A stretch of 63,371 bases of DNA, the filler included, from Diploschistes diacapsis (Eukaryota), in the NCBI GenBank assembly GCA_023645945.1. It is 7 parts of 7 records of this genome, joined end to end, with 100 filler letters (N's around TTAATTAATTAA, not from the genome) between each part and the next. Parts side by side here need not be neighbours in the genome. Positions count along the whole stretch, not along the records: positions 29,257 to 57,536 come from JALAIB010000149.1; 6 more parts are not named here. One strand, given 5' to 3'. Positions 38,147 to 52,045 of this stretch are shown here, piece by piece. The number at the start of each line of letters is the position of its first letter. The first letter of the stretch is position 1. The position numbers and the translations under genes were made by a program. The notes beneath the pieces were generated by a model. That model was given only the letters and a program-made list of their open reading frames with translations. It ran no database searches and had not been told where the DNA came from.

Positions 38147-40251
38147 GACCGGCCAACCAGCAGTACGAGTATTCTACCCGGTATTAGTACCCAGTATTAG
38201 TACTACCTTGTTCTCCTCGCTTACTTACCCGTTGACCCGGCGGGCACCCCTGGCTTCCCTGGGGCAAAACCACCTACCCAATTAATCCACGGAAGCATAC
38301 CAGCCGAACTGACTGTGCATGTGTATGTGTGTATGTATGTATGCATGATGATACTGCTCAATCACAACTCCAGCAAAGCAGTTGCCGTAGATAGGAACTT
38401 ACTCCATACGAAGCGAAAAACACTGCTGCTAAGTGGTCGGCACCCCCCATGTTCGCATGCCCTGCTCTTGCTCATGCTCGTGCTCGTGCTCGTGCTCGTG
38501 CGCCCTGCTCTCCCTGCTCTCCCTGCGTGCCGTAGCACCTGCTTGTCCCTTCCCAATCAATCACCACCCGCCATTCTTACGCTGTATGACGTCAATCGGA
38601 GACCCTTAGGCTTGGGCTTTGCATCATGATGGATAGATGGATAGTTCAAGGCTTCAGAACATTCACAGTCAGTCCTAAGACAAACCGTACTACTGGTGGG
38701 GCTTGAGCGGAGGTGCGGCGGGCATGGTGGGCCTTTAGTAGTATAACGGTCGGTGCCAAATTGCTTGCTTTTCCTGCGTTGTTTGGTGTAAGATGAATCA
38801 CATGCCACAGGAAAGTCCATTTTTTTCTTCTTTTTTTGAAACCTTGCCACGAAGCCAGAACCTGACGGCTCGCATTTTTTGTACACTCGGAATATATCTG
38901 GCCAATTTATCGACGGCTTGTCGGATCTTACTCATTCGATCAATAGAGCTAGCTACTGGCTACTGCCTATCTCCCGCCTTCCGCAGCCTCGCTGATGTAT
39001 CTAAGTCGCCACTAGGCCGTAATCTGACAAGCCAACGGAGGACAAAACGGCTAGGAAGACGCCACCAGATTTTCTTTTTTTAGCGGGTGTTCTTCTGTCT
39101 GTACTGTACTTTGGTAAAAGCCTCGGTGACATGACAGTTAGTTGAGAGAAAGCTTTCAGGTCCGGGGCAGCTTTCCCCCGCTAGAGTGGAAATATTTCCA
39201 CCTCTTTTACTTTTTGTATTTTTGTATTTTTGTACTTTTGTACTGTATCCTTCGATACCCCATGTCTCTCTCCATTCCCATTCAGCAGCAATGGAACGTG
39301 GTGTTTCCCCTGTTTCAACGTCGTACCTCCGTAATTGGATTTCCGCCAGTAGACAGCGTTTTTGCTCTACCATTTTGGAGAGCGCAATTTGTACCACCGG
39401 AACGTGCATTCCTGAGCCGCTACGGAAGAGATATCGTTGATCAAGCAATAAGAGATTAGCACGCTCATTCGACACGGCCGCCAGTGAGCAACAAAACAGC
39501 TCTGCTCCGTAACCTCACTCACTCACTTACTTCTCGAGTTGGGCCAGATCTCCCCAAGATCGCGCAAGCCCTCGTGCAGACTAGGGCGGGGGCACATGGC
39601 GGGTGGGTGCGCGGGCAGTCACTTGCAGGGAAGCCAATAAGCTGCAAATCCCCATCTCCGGGGCTGTAGGCTCTTTTCGGGGTCGAAATGGGCCCCGAGG
39701 AACCATGGTATCTGAGGAGCCAAGTTGGCAGAGAGCAACAACAGTAAAGAGCCGCGAAGCTCTCCCCCCCCGTCTGCTCTCTGCACCCCATCACAGAGAT
39801 CTACATTGCGAGCAAGGCGGGGAGAGCTCAGAATCATCTACGAACCCTGGTGTTTGCGTTCAAGACGGATGAGCAAGTCAGTGCTACGAAATCCAATATG
39901 CTAACCCGGAAATCGGGACAGTTAGGAAGGACGCTGATTGCCTATAGAGGATCTTGCATATGAGAGAGAGCCAATCCCATTGCGGAGCCTACCACTGCGT
40001 TCTGGATTGGGAACGATAACAATTGGCATGTAGGAAGATTAATTAGCTAAGGTTGCACTGACGAGTCGGTAGAACAGCGCTAGAAAGCAAGAGGAAATGT
40101 GGGTGGGTCGATATCCTCTTGACGCCTATAAACATTATGGACATCGCCCAATCACTCACCAACGCCAAGGACCATGCATGCTTGCAGTTCCTCTGCCCAA
40201 TTCTGGTAATTCATCTTGGTCGAAGCTTCGATGCTGCCTCTTCTACCTCTT

Positions 40252-41932
40252 CTACCGGATGCGGTCCAGTCTGGCTCTGTTCGAGGCAATACCCAGGTCG
40301 ACCTTGTCACCCTGTAGCATATCATTAGTATCGCATGCCAAAAAAAACATTGATCGAGGACACATGAACTCACTTTCCCACTGATCCGATCCAGATGCTT
40401 GTTCTGCGTATCAATCTCCTCGCCCGTCGCCCTTGCCAGCGCATTCAGTCTGCCCGTGACCCCGCTGAGCACATCCAGGTTGGAATCGATCTCGTTCTCC
40501 ATCTCCTCGTCCTCCGAGTCGGCCTCGAACTGATACTTGGCGCGTTCCGCTAGGTTCCTTTCACGTTTCTGCGGATCGGTAGTCGACAGCTGCTTGAAGT
40601 TCTTCTGCATTCGCTGCTCCGTAAGATACGCGGCACGCCTGGTGCTTTCTCTTTGCTCGCGTTCTTCGAGGTGCTTCTCGATCACCTCGCGGTCGCGCGC
40701 AGCATCGCGAGATTTTGCAGTAAAGGGATTTGAGACGTGAACTGCAAACATGCTCCGATTCAGAGTCTTCAACTCCCTGGCCTTGTCCTCGGCGATCTTA
40801 TTCTGGTTGTGGGCTAGATCTAAATGCTTTTCAGTGTCGTGAATCTATTCTTAAGTTAGCAACACACTGCAAAAGGAATAAAGACATCGGGTAAGAAGTG
40901 GGGAGGTGGACGGTCAGCGATCCGTCCCACAGGTGTATACGAGATTCCGATCCCCTGATGCAGATTTTCAACGTACCATGTCGCCCTGGACTCCGAGACG
41001 CGCAAGAGTGTCCCGTCCAACGTCCCTACAAAGGTGTCAGCCAAATGCTTGAACATGAACTTTGGTTGTAATTACTCAGCAGCTTGCGCAATGCGAAGTG
41101 CGTTTCGGGTCGAGGCAACATCTCCCTGCTTGATGGCACGAATTTGCTGTTTCGTAGCCTTGATCTCCTCATCCTCCTCCTCTTCGGCCGTCAACTGACG
41201 ATCCTCATACTTTGGGCCCGGGTCATAGCCCCCACCGTAGCCGCCAGCACCCCCGTAGCCAGCCGCCTGGCCTCCGTAACCACCACTCTGGTCGACATTG
41301 TCACCATAGGGAGGTGGTCCCTCACCGTAGCCACCGGGGGCCTGCGGTTGCTTTTGCTGAACCCGCTCCTGCGCTCCACCAAATAGCGCATTCCGGTTGT
41401 CATCATCTTGCTTAGAGGCCACGCTGTGTCCTCCGAAGCCCCCGTAGCCACCCGCTCCGTACCTTGATCCTTCAGCTTGACCTTGGTTTCCGCCAGCAGT
41501 CCCGTACCTGTCGGAGCCGTATCCTCCCTGGTTGCTGTATTTGTTGGCGCCATATCCGCCACCTGCCACTGTGCTTGTATAGGCAGGACTTTTACTGTCT
41601 CCGCCAAATCTATTGTTCCCCCCATATCCTCCTCCTTGACTCTGGTTGCTATCGGCTAGGTATGGGGCAGGGGCGTCGTAGGCCTTCTGCTTAGCAGCTA
41701 AGTATGGGTCTGGAGGGGCTTGCGCATATGGGTTCCCTGCCTGCGGTTGTGCATAGGGATTTCCAGGTGCAGGGGAAGACTGCGCATAGGGATTTCCAGA
41801 CTGAGCGGGAGGTTGTGCGTATGGGTTCGCGGATGGGGCAGGAGATTTTGCTTTCGACCTGCCGCCGAAGAGGGCGGACCGGTTGGAATCATCACCGTTC
41901 CCAGCATCATTTTTCTTTCCAAAGAGGCCCAT
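40252..41932 (-). CDS. SEC9: Plasma-membrane t-SNARE Sec9 (SNAP-25-like)
   Basis: G/Y/Q-rich N-terminus and two SNARE coils: 'KQGDVASTRNALRIAQAAE..GRDTLARLG.QG' and 'ELKTLNRSMFAVHV', then 'EMENEIDSNLD...GEEIDTQNKHLDRI'. Three introns; TAG at 40254-40252. Confidence 0.93.
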
Positions 41933-42640
41933 AGTGCCGTGTAAAGTTTTTAGGCTATTATGTGTATAGGTTGAATGAATGCTGATAGGTGAAGAAAGTG
42001 GTCAAGTTCGTAAGTTGAAGAGCAGGGTCCGGACCCTATAAATCTCGAAACAAAGATGAGACGAGAATGCCTCCACCCTCGTCTGAAATGCAAAAGATTT
42101 GGTAAAGCCTTGTTTGAATGGAAATAACCGTGTAACACGAGGCCACTCTGCTGTTATTCAATAATATAAAGAAAGGGTCAGAACTTGCGTAAGCTGGTTG
42201 GCGAAGTATGACTTGCTCTTCGAATAATGGAGGATGAGTTACTATTAATACAACTCAAAAGTTGCCCAGCATATCCTAACCAATCAAAGGTAGGGGTAAA
42301 GCGCCCCGCGACTGCTTTGACATTTCTCGTAGAGGGAAGCAAGAGAGAGAGTGAGAGAGTGAGTGAGAGAGAGCATGATATTATAAAGCCTCTCGTCTCT
42401 AAGCTTCTAGTCAGTCAGTGAATTCATCTATCCAAGCACTACCATCAGCAATTACACTGCGCCTGCCCCTACAAGCAGCTTTTCTTGTCGGCCCTCCTTT
42501 CCCCTGGGATCGCGTATTTTTATTGACTGCGTCTCTGGAGACGTGTACCCCTTGATACATTATCAAGCTATCTTGGCAGGCAAACCTCTGCTGAGTTTTA
42601 CCCTTGAGTTTTTTACCTTCTACGAAGTATTACATTCATC

Positions 42641-43630
42641 ATGGATAACAGAAGGCACCCAAGCTCCTTCCAGCAGCTTGAGAAACTGGGAGAGGGGACC
42701 TACGCTACGGTGTTCAAAGGTCGGAATCGGCAGACAGGGGAGCTGGTGGCTTTGAAGGAGATTCACCTGGATTCAGAGGAAGGAACGCCATCAACAGCTA
42801 TACGTGAGATTTCGCTCATGAAGGAGCTGAAACACGAGAACATCGTGTCGCTGCACGATGTCATCCATACCGAGAACAAGCTTATGCTAGTCTTTGAGCA
42901 CATGGACAAGGACCTCAAAAAGTACATGGACTCGAGAGGGGACCGTGGACAGCTCGACTACTACACTATCAAGTCATTCATGTACCAGCTTCTTCAGGGT
43001 ATCGCCTTTTGTCACGAGAACCGAGTCCTTCATCGAGACCTGAAGCCTCAAAACCTGCTCATCAATTCCAAAGGGCAGTTGAAGCTCGCGGATTTTGGTC
43101 TAGCCCGAGCGTTCGGTATTCCCGTTAACACATTCTCGAACGAGGTTGTCACGCTTTGGTATCGGGCGCCGGATGTTCTGCTCGGCTCTCGAACCTACAA
43201 CACCAGCATAGATATCTGGTCAGCGGGCTGCATCATGGCGGAGATGTACACCGGTCGTCCTCTCTTCCCAGGTACGACTAACGAAGATGAACTTCAGAAA
43301 ATATTCCGGCTCATGGGGACACCGTCAGAACACTCATGGCCAGGCATTTCGAAGTTCCCCGAGTACAAACCTTCAACTCACGTTTACGCAACTCAGGACC
43401 TGCGAATGATACTACCCCAGATCGACCAGCAGGGTCTGGATCTGCTTCAGCGCATGCTGCAGCTGCGACCCGAGCTCCGTGTATCTGCTAAGGAAGCGCT
43501 TCTACACCCATGGTTCAGAGATCTACCCCAGTTAAAACAGCAGCAAGCAGCGCAGGCTCAAGCGCAGGCACAGGGCCAGCAAGCTATGGGTCAAGGGCAG
43601 GGCTCTATGTATCCGATTGCCCAGTACTAA
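42641..43630 (+). CDS. PHO85: Cyclin-dependent kinase Pho85/PhoA, single exon
   Basis: GEGTYATV, '[13 protein letters not shown]', [11 protein letters not shown] and '[26 protein letters not shown]'. Complete 329-aa ORF. Confidence 0.97.
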   Translation: MDNRRHPSSFQQLEKLGEGTYATVFKGRNRQTGELVALKEIHLDSEEGTPSTAIREISLMKELKHENIVSLHDVIHTENKLMLVFEHMDKDLKKYMDSRGDRGQLDYYTIKSFMYQLLQGIAFCHENRVLHRDLKPQNLLINSKGQLKLADFGLARAFGIPVNTFSNEVVTLWYRAPDVLLGSRTYNTSIDIWSAGCIMAEMYTGRPLFPGTTNEDELQKIFRLMGTPSEHSWPGISKFPEYKPSTHVYATQDLRMILPQIDQQGLDLLQRMLQLRPELRVSAKEALLHPWFRDLPQLKQQQAAQAQAQAQGQQAMGQGQGSMYPIAQY

Positions 43631-44680
43631 AGCTTGCTGATCAGGGGGGTTTGCGGTGTGGAAGAAAGCAGTGTCTACAGGATCCGTAAACGATGATGTG
43701 CTCAACTTGGACTCGAATAATGACATTTCGTGTTCGGGAAGCGCTCCGGTCATATAGACGATGCTTAACGGTTTGCTGAGAGCGTGTACCCATGCAGGTT
43801 AGACTGTTGATCTTGACTCGAGTAGCGGGACTTGAGACGAGATTTGGCTGAGAGGGGAGCAAGGGGACTTAGTAGCCTCTTAGGTAGCCTAATGAGTGTT
43901 TAATAAACCTCAGTTGGTTGGAGGCCTGATGCCGCTTGGTATTCCACGTCTGAGTGTTGGTCTCTGTATGTAGTCGTGACGCATATGATTACTGAGACGC
44001 CATCATGAAGGCTTATCAGCATGCTCATAACTCTAGACTGAATTGACCAATCTGGAGGTGATTTTATGGACAGCCTTCGATCAAGGATTATTCAGATGGC
44101 TGCATACTACACCTTGCTGGTTGAGCTATCGTCAGCATCTTCGCCTCCAAGATTAATGTGTCCACTCATAGCATGCATAGCATTCGAGGGAGTTTGTAAG
44201 TAGAAAGCTGAGTCCCATCTGTTTTGGACTCCTCAGCCTCACCAACGACGATGACGAGGAGCTGAGAACTTTGATCCATGCGCTGCTAACATTCCTATTC
44301 TGTACAGCTCACTCTGATTCGACGCGGGCGGTGCGAGCATGCTCATTTTTGGATTCTTCTTGCTATATGTATATACAGCTTTAATTTCATACCTACTGTG
44401 CGCAAGATGGTGCCGATTACGGTTGCTAGCAAGAGGTACATCGCTCACATCAAATCTAGCACAGGCGATGCTATCTGGCGAAATGATTATATAGCCACTT
44501 CACGAATATATGTGGTGAGCCTCAGGGTCGACTAGATTCATACAAATAAGGTGGGCAAATTCTCCTCTTCTTGATATTCGTCATTGCATGCTACTTTCGC
44601 CTCAGTCGACTTGACTTGTATCTTATACTTCTCTCTTCTTTTCCTTCTTTTCCTCGAACTCTTCGCTTTCTTCATACAAG

Positions 44681-45724
44681 ATGTCTAATGACTCGGATTC
44701 GAGTATTCAATCTCCATGGGATATTGCAGGAATCAACCTGCATTCGTATGTTTAGAGCCCCTGCCCTGCTTGCGCTGCCACGTGGAAGAGCACGAGATGA
44801 TAGTGACTCTTTCAGCTCTCGATGACCCTTGGGTGGTGTGGCCGTACTGTCCGTCATATGGCGCTGCTGTTCTGTTCGCCGTTCTCTACGGCTAGGCAAC
44901 ATTCACACATCTTGCACAAGCATCATACATAAGAAGGGGTTTTGCCGGGTCGTGTTGATGGCTGCAACATGGGAATTCGTTGGATTTGGTATCCGCGCTG
45001 CAAGCACCCAATACCAGGGTTCGATGGGCCTGTTCTTCCTTCAGCAGGCTCTGATCCTGCTGGCACCAATCTGGCTCAATGCATTCGTCATATGGCCTTC
45101 GGCAGGATGGTCCACGTCTTCCTGCCAGACCGGCAAGTTGCAAAGGTGAAGGCGAAGCGATTGACCCTTATCTTTGTAATGCTGGACGCTGTGTAAGCTC
45201 TCTCGATCCTCTCAACCTCGACGATACTGACAACCTTTAGTACTTTTCAACGTTCAGGTTGGGGTGGCATGATGATGAGCAGCACCGACCCGAACACGGT
45301 GAGAAGATCGCCGAACATATACATGGCTGGTATTGGAGCGCAGCTGTTGTTCTCCACCGCTCTCCTTGGCCTCACCGTCCACTTTTATCAAAAAGCGAAC
45401 CGTGCCGGGAACCGAAGGTCAACCGATTGGCGCTGCCTTCCATACCTCATAAATGCCGAGTACGCGCTGATCGCAATTCGCATCATCTTCCGGCTTATCA
45501 GTTCTCGAGCGGCGTCAACGGACCAGTAACCCACAGAGAGAGCTATGTCTGCATCTTCGACGCGCTGACCATGACGACCGCAATAAGCATGTTCTGCACG
45601 TATCATCCAGGCCGGGTCCTGATAGGGCCGGACAGCGAGTTCAAAAGATGACCAAGGCGGAGAAGCGGCAGCTGAAGCAATACAAGAAGCAATACGGACA
45701 AAGACTGGCAGCTTCCACTCGTAA
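44681..45724 (+). pseudogene. RTA1-like (lipid-translocating exporter, 7TM) pseudogene
   Basis: 'WPYCPSYGAAVLFAVLYG*' (TAG 44893-44895), 'LILLAPIWLNAF', 'MAFGRMV', 'IYMAGIGAQ', 'LIAIRIIFRL' and 'YHPGRVLIGPDSEF' are scattered over three frames, with apparent 1-bp deletions near 44920, 45090, 45498 and 45647. Confidence 0.85.
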
Positions 45725-46786
45725 TGGAAGCCCAACCGTTCTCGCGCGACGATGAGGGACATTACCTAGGCATGGAGTACAGAAGGAATATTTATCGTTA
45801 CTTTCGCAGAATGTTTTTCTTGTTACCGTTAGGAAGGTACTGCATATGGCATAGCGCGGCGTTGGCTCTGGATAGATTGACTCGGTACAGGTTTGATGAG
45901 ACACATTATTGTATCACTACTGAGAAGAAGCCATCGTGGAACCTTGCAGTCCCCGGTGAGAATTGACTGTGCAGGGTATCATCGAGTAATGGCCGATATC
46001 GTGTTTCGCGAATTCATTAAGGGAGAAGTTCTAGCGTACAGTCCCTCGTCGAAGAGTGAATATCTTTAGGCTTACCGGATGAGCACAAGTGCCTAGCATC
46101 TAGTACACAATATAGTATCCGAAAAGGGGGGTTCTTTGCCCGGACGGAAATGATGGGCAGGAACAGCCTATTGATTGGTTGGTCCGAGTTGATCTGGCTG
46201 GAAGTTCAATTAGGTGGCGTTGAGTTTTGGATAGATCATAGATTATGCTCTTTGAAACCGCCAGAAGCTTTGTCATTTTTGTGTTCGGCATCAAATTCAT
46301 GATTAACTGTGCAAAACCCTTCACTCTTTTGTCGTCCTTCACGTTGTTCCTTTATCAGTCCAATCTTTTACCTTATTCTGCAACTATTCCTTGCCATTCG
46401 AACCATTCAACTTGCACGGCAGAAGGCGGCGAACTGTGTTGGTACAACTCCCGTCTTTGTTTGAACTGCGCCGGCCCAGACTGGCCAACCTCTGCGAAGG
46501 AATTCTCCAACAGGGCAGCAATTAAAGACTTACCAAGATCTTTTCTAGACTTCCAAATGCGTTTCGAAATACGATTCCACATAGTTTCGTGATACCCCGA
46601 CCATCCTACCGCAGTTCCTGTACTTCGCGATACTGAACAGCGCGCTCCAGCTGGACTAGCACCCGTACATTCCTCGCTGCATGAATTGACATTCGCAGCT
46701 AATCGTTCCCTTTATCAACGCCTTCGTCGATGCTGCGCATTCGAAACTCAGACTCAGAAAAGATATTCCCTGGCAACTCATTCAGA

Positions 46787-48991
46787 ATGGCACAACAGCG
46801 GCCCCATTTCATAGCTTTGCCCTCCCCTTTCTCCGCAGAGGAAACTCCCCAAGGCTCGCCGAGCTTGCCATCTCCCCGCATTCAGCATGTCGCCGGTGAC
46901 GTCGCTCCGGCCATGTCTCCCCTAGACGCCTTCGCCATGCAGAGTCGCGCGTTAGCAAAGCAGCTGGACGAAACAAGAGTGAAGGGCCGTCGAGTCAGCC
47001 GCCTTCCACCGTTTAAAGTAGCGGATGAGCTCGCGAAAAAAGCCCACTATTTTCGATCGGGATCATTGGAAAGGAGAGAACGCAGCCAGGAAAGAAAGAC
47101 AAGAGGTGGTTCACCCGACGAGTCTGTTGGCAATACTCTTGACATAGAAGAGTCCACATTCAGACCAAAGTCTTACTATCCGAGATTGAGTAAGATCGAT
47201 CATACTCCGGACGAGACTCCCATGGGTCCCGATGGACGTTCTCACGCCTCTTCGAACGAGGAGCTGTTCATTACTCCTATGGAACATACGTCTCCTACAC
47301 CGGCCGCGGACTACTTCGGAACAGGACGTGTCCCAAGCCCCGAACCTGTGGCCCAAGCTAGGCCCAGCATGGAGTCGATGTCGAGACCTTCATATAGATC
47401 TCAAAAGAGTTTTGATTCGATATCGCAAAGAAATGGGTTAGAGCGAGGTTTGTCCATGGAGTCTTCCCCCTCCAAACGCAGCCAGTACTCGAATGGGCGG
47501 GCTCTGATTCCTCCTGTTCCGCCATATGTCATGAAGGCACCTAGCATTCGGTCAGTCGAGTCAGACGAGGACAACCCTGGCATGACGCCTTCATCTTCCC
47601 TCAACCAGCACCGCAAACTGTCTTCAAGCAGCGGATTCTCCCTACCACAATCACCTGCGATTGCGCACGCGCTACATCACAATCGTTCGGCCTCGGGCAA
47701 CTCTGATATGTCTTCCAACGGAGCTCGTACAGGTAGGGCAGCATTCAACTTCTCTCGCCCGATGAGTCGAAATAGCAGGCCCTCCATGGACGCGAGCTCT
47801 CGAATGTCCTCAACCGAGCGCCACCCGCAGATCTATTACGAAGAGGAAGCTCAAACCCCGCTTTCGATAGCGAATAGCGCAATCCTACCGAGACCGGATG
47901 AAGGAGGTGACTGCAAAGACCAACCGGGGGCCTCTTACACCTATTCGAAGTTCGCTTTGCCGAGGGGCAGAGCGCTTGAGAGGAGCAGTACATTGGGGGA
48001 CGGCTGGTTTGTCGATGAGCCCGATCTCGTACTTGACTTGGCCGCAACACCATCGACCACCTCTTTGCCAACGCCTCCTCACTCTCTTGAAAGCGATACT
48101 ACGACTCGCTCTTCTTTCGAATCCGCTCCAGCCTCTCCTCCACCTATGCCAGCTTCGGGCGTTGAGTACCGGTACTCACTCAGCTCAATGAACACCACAA
48201 ACACAGGGAACAGTGGCAGCACCATCAAAGCCTCTCAGCAAAACACCATCCCCCCAGCCGCAGAGATGACCGCAGAAGATCACCTGAACAAGGGCATCGA
48301 GTGCCACGAGCGCGGCTCTCTTAACGAATCAACCTACCACCTCCGCCTCGCCGCCCGACAGAACAATCCTACCGCCATGCTACTTTACGCTCTCGCCTGC
48401 CGCCACGGCTGGGGCATGCGACCCAATCAAGCCGAAGGCGTCGCCTGGCTACGGAAAGCAATGGACTGTGCGAGCATCGAGCTCACGCACGACACCACGC
48501 CGAACCCGTACGGAGCCGCGGCCGATGTCGAAAAGACACGGCGAGCACAGTTCGCGCTGAGCGTCTACGAGCTCGGCGTCAGCCACATGAACGGGTGGGG
48601 CATCGAGCAGGACAAGTCGCTGGCGCTGCGGTGCTTTGAGATCGCATCCAGCTGGGGCGATGGGGACGCGATGGCCGAAGCGGGATTCTGTTACGCGCAA
48701 GGCATCGGGTGCAAGAAGGATCTCAGGAAGGCGGCGAAGTACTATCGCATGGCGGAGGCGAAGGGCGTGAGTATGGTGGGAAATAGCTGGTAAGTGGTGT
48801 CCCACAAGGAAAGGAGTAAGTGCAGCGTAGCTGATGGGGCGATTGATAGGATCTACAAGCCCAAGTACGCGGACAGCGAGACGGGCGACGATGAGCGCAA
48901 CGGTCGCTCCGCGAAGCAGGGCGGCGAGAAGAAACAGCGCGACAAGTCGCGGACGAGGTCGCTATTCGGGCGGAGGAAAAACGCAGCTTGA
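46787..48991 (+). CDS. Sel1-repeat protein of the Dsf2/Nif1 type
   Basis: Ser/Pro-rich N-terminus, then 'HLNKGIECHERGSLNESTYHLRLAA..PTAMLLYALACRHGWG', 'YELGVSHMNGWG' and 'MVGNSW|IYKPKY'. Intron 48790-48849. Confidence 0.85.
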
Positions 48992-50102
48992 ACCATTTTT
49001 TTCGGCAGCTTCATTCGGAATGACTGCTTCTCACGGCCTAATCGCCGGACTTTCGACACCGCACCACGAGCGAGCAAGCTCTCCATCACGCTTCTCTCGC
49101 CCCCCAGAACCTCCGACAGGAGCCTCGTTTGATCTCCAACAGATGTGCTTAGCACGTACCGCACCAACGTGGCACGCTCAAGCCCACACCCTCACACCGC
49201 CTAGCTCTGCAACACAAGCCCCTCTCACCACCACCTGTTTTATTCGAAACCGCGACCGTCCAGACGGGCGGCAAGCGCGCTTGGACAAACGCGCTGCTTG
49301 CCGGCAAACCTCCACATTTACCGTGCGGTTCCGGGCGCAGGCGCGCTCTGCTGGTTATATGGAGGCCTTTATTCGAAGGGAGGCGAGTCGGGGAGTGGGT
49401 TGGGGTGGGGTGGTCATTCTGTGCTTTGGAGATGGACCAGATACCCCCGGCAGCCTGGGCATGGTGGTCCGCTTCTGCTTCCGCTTCCACTTTGGATGCT
49501 TGGCTTCGGAGCAGTGGGCGCAGCTAGCTAGCTGCTTGCCTCCCCTCCTTTTTTACCAGCCGGGCTGGGGAGAGTGGATTGGGGGATTCTGGGAAGGGAG
49601 GGGAAAGTTTGGGGATACCGGTTCGTGTAGATACCACTTCAGCGAGCCCAGTGGGCGGGAGATTCACGAAATACTTCTTGCGTCAAGTCAAGCGTAGATT
49701 TGCAGTACATGTAATGTTTTGACAGGTACGCATAAATTAGATTCACCATTTTGCATTCTGACTACGTAAGGGCAAGCAAGCGACCGTCAAAAACCAGTGC
49801 GCAAAAGGACATACAAGACGCCCAGAGAGAAGAAAAATCGAGAGAGAAAGAATCTGAACCCGCCACGTCGTTCGTTAAGAAGATGTTTTTCGTCCGTCTC
49901 GTGGCTTACCAAGAAAATCTCCACAATACGACACTGTTCCTGGACTCGGCCGTGCTCAGCATGGAACAGCGAGTAACGCTGTTGTGGGAAAGAGAGAGCG
50001 TAGGAGGTGATCTGAAGGGTTTGTGTGAATGCAAGTTGACAGAGGAATTGGCCTCGATTGGAGGCTGCTTCAAATAAAATGTAGGATACTGGAGTTGTGT
50101 GG

Positions 50103-52045
50103 TCAAATCTTTCCAACTGCCTTGGCCTCCCTGACTTGCTCAAAGGTCTATCCACTGTCGTCAGCGACCCCCTTCCATAAGTAGCTGAATCCGTTCGACT
50201 CACCTTAAGCATCTTCTTCCGTGCACCAGCTGCAGCTACGCCTCTATCCTCGAGTCCCTTTTCATCCAACTCAACCAGCTCCTGCCACTGTAAATCCTTC
50301 AAATTATCCGTGTATTTGTGAAGCCTCAAACTTCTCAGCCAAGCAGGGATGTCTTGCAGCAACGAAGGGTCGGTAGGATCCTCCGGAGGCTTCGAGGTGC
50401 CTCGTCTACCGCGGGGAGAGCGTCCACGTGCATCCGAATGATCGGATATGTAGCCTTCGTGGCCCAAGCCAAATTGACCAAGACTCATTTGGGACATCCC
50501 GGTGGGCAGTCCAGAATCGTAGGCCGCCAGGTAACCACCAGCTTGCGGAGAAGAGAAGCTCATGCCAGTCGGCAGGCCGCCCGTGGACATAGCTATACCA
50601 GGCGAGGTCGGTCTCGAGCGACGGCCAGCAAGCTGTGCTTGCTGTTGCATTTGAATCGCAGCGAGCTGTTGAGGGCTGAGCTGGTGATTGTTGAGGGGCT
50701 GGCCGCTCTCATTCACAACTATAACGTTGTTGTTCATAAGGCCTGGCGACATTTGGAATTGGCCTTGGTTGATTAGATTATGATCATTGGATCTCGGGCG
50801 ACGGTATTTGCGTACGTCATCAAGCATGATGCGATTGTTGACCGTAGACATCGCAGCTAGCTTCATTGCTGTAGCGTTAGCAACCATGTCAGCCTGCGAC
50901 GGTTGTCCGGGTTGTTGCGTGTTGAAAGTAGGAACCATGGGTGTGTTAGATAGCGATGCCCAACTAGCGTTGGCAGTATATGGAGAAATAAGAGGCATAT
51001 CAGCATTGTTGCCACTGATCTCTGCAGGGTTATGAACAGAATTGCCCGTCAATTGAGGAGGACGGGGAGAACGCAGACCGGCCGACGGAGGAGGTTGGCT
51101 AAAGTGTCCCATAGGCTGCTGTTGGCCCGACGACGATTTTGGTCGATCAGCAGGTCTCTGGCCCCACGGCGTTGGTGACGGTAAAGGCAGATTCTCTTTG
51201 GCGGCATCCACTGGAGTAGAGATTGTAGGCGGAGCAACAAGTGATGAGCGATCCCCCACTGTTGCGGTGCTGTTGCGGTTCGATGTAACTTGGTTCCCTG
51301 TCTGCTGAGTGTATTGCTCCTTCTGCTTTGCGATAGCTGCGGCAGCCTCTGGGAACATCGCATTGATTGTAGTTTGATCGAGACCGGACGTACGCTTGTT
51401 GAAGGGTGACGGCGGAGGTCGAGCCAGGGAATTACGAGCACTATCAGCGCCTAATTTGCCAGCCGCGTCACCCATACGGTTGGACATGGCGTCTGTAGCA
51501 AGCATTAGCAAGGGATCTTGACCGCGTTGACAAGACGTACCCTTTTCATTGAAATTCGCTGGCGAAAGCATGCCAGCAACTGGGTGGGTTTTAGCCATCT
51601 CCTGTAAAACCTGAATGAAGAAGCGATTCTGAATCTGTGTTGTTTGCTGTAACAAAGCATACAGAGCCGCGGTTCTTTCGGGCTCACTGAGGACCTTGAA
51701 CCACTGCTCAATGGCGCTGAGCTCATCCTTGAAATCCTGTTCCAGTGTTGCGGTTGCCATACCTTCCAAAGTGTTCTCAAACTCTTCGATTTCCGCTATC
51801 CATTGTGTAGCAGCACGGTCAGTTGCATCCTCGGCATGGGCTTGGTTGTGAGAACGGGGGGGATAGACTTCAGAGGATGGGCGAATGGCTTGTCCTGAAA
51901 GCGCAGAGGAGCCTAACCCAGACATGTCGGCAGAGGCTCGAAGAACGTGGCCCCCGTTCAGGGTGTTTCTCGAAGTAGGAGGTCGTAGAGAGTGTGAGGT
52001 CTCGGGCGTACTGTTACGATTCCCAATGATGTTGCTGGATGACAT
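50103..52045 (-). CDS. VTS1: SAM-domain RNA-binding protein Vts1 (Smaug family)
   Basis: '[26 protein letters not shown]' and the SAM domain '[24 protein letters not shown]...GARKKMLK'. Two introns; stop at 50105-50103. Confidence 0.93.

Noticed and set aside
6955..41932. SRO7 and its known partner SEC9 in the same window as a functional cluster
   Set aside because: They are on different contigs separated by artificial linkers.
48834..49697. 287-aa ORF downstream of the Sel1-repeat gene
   Set aside because: It overlaps the true last exon in another frame, runs through GC-rich UTR and has no recognisable motifs.
49787..50100. Extended C-terminus of Vts1 in the ORF track
   Set aside because: This is read-through of the intron after KMLK. 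The spliced gene stops at 50103.
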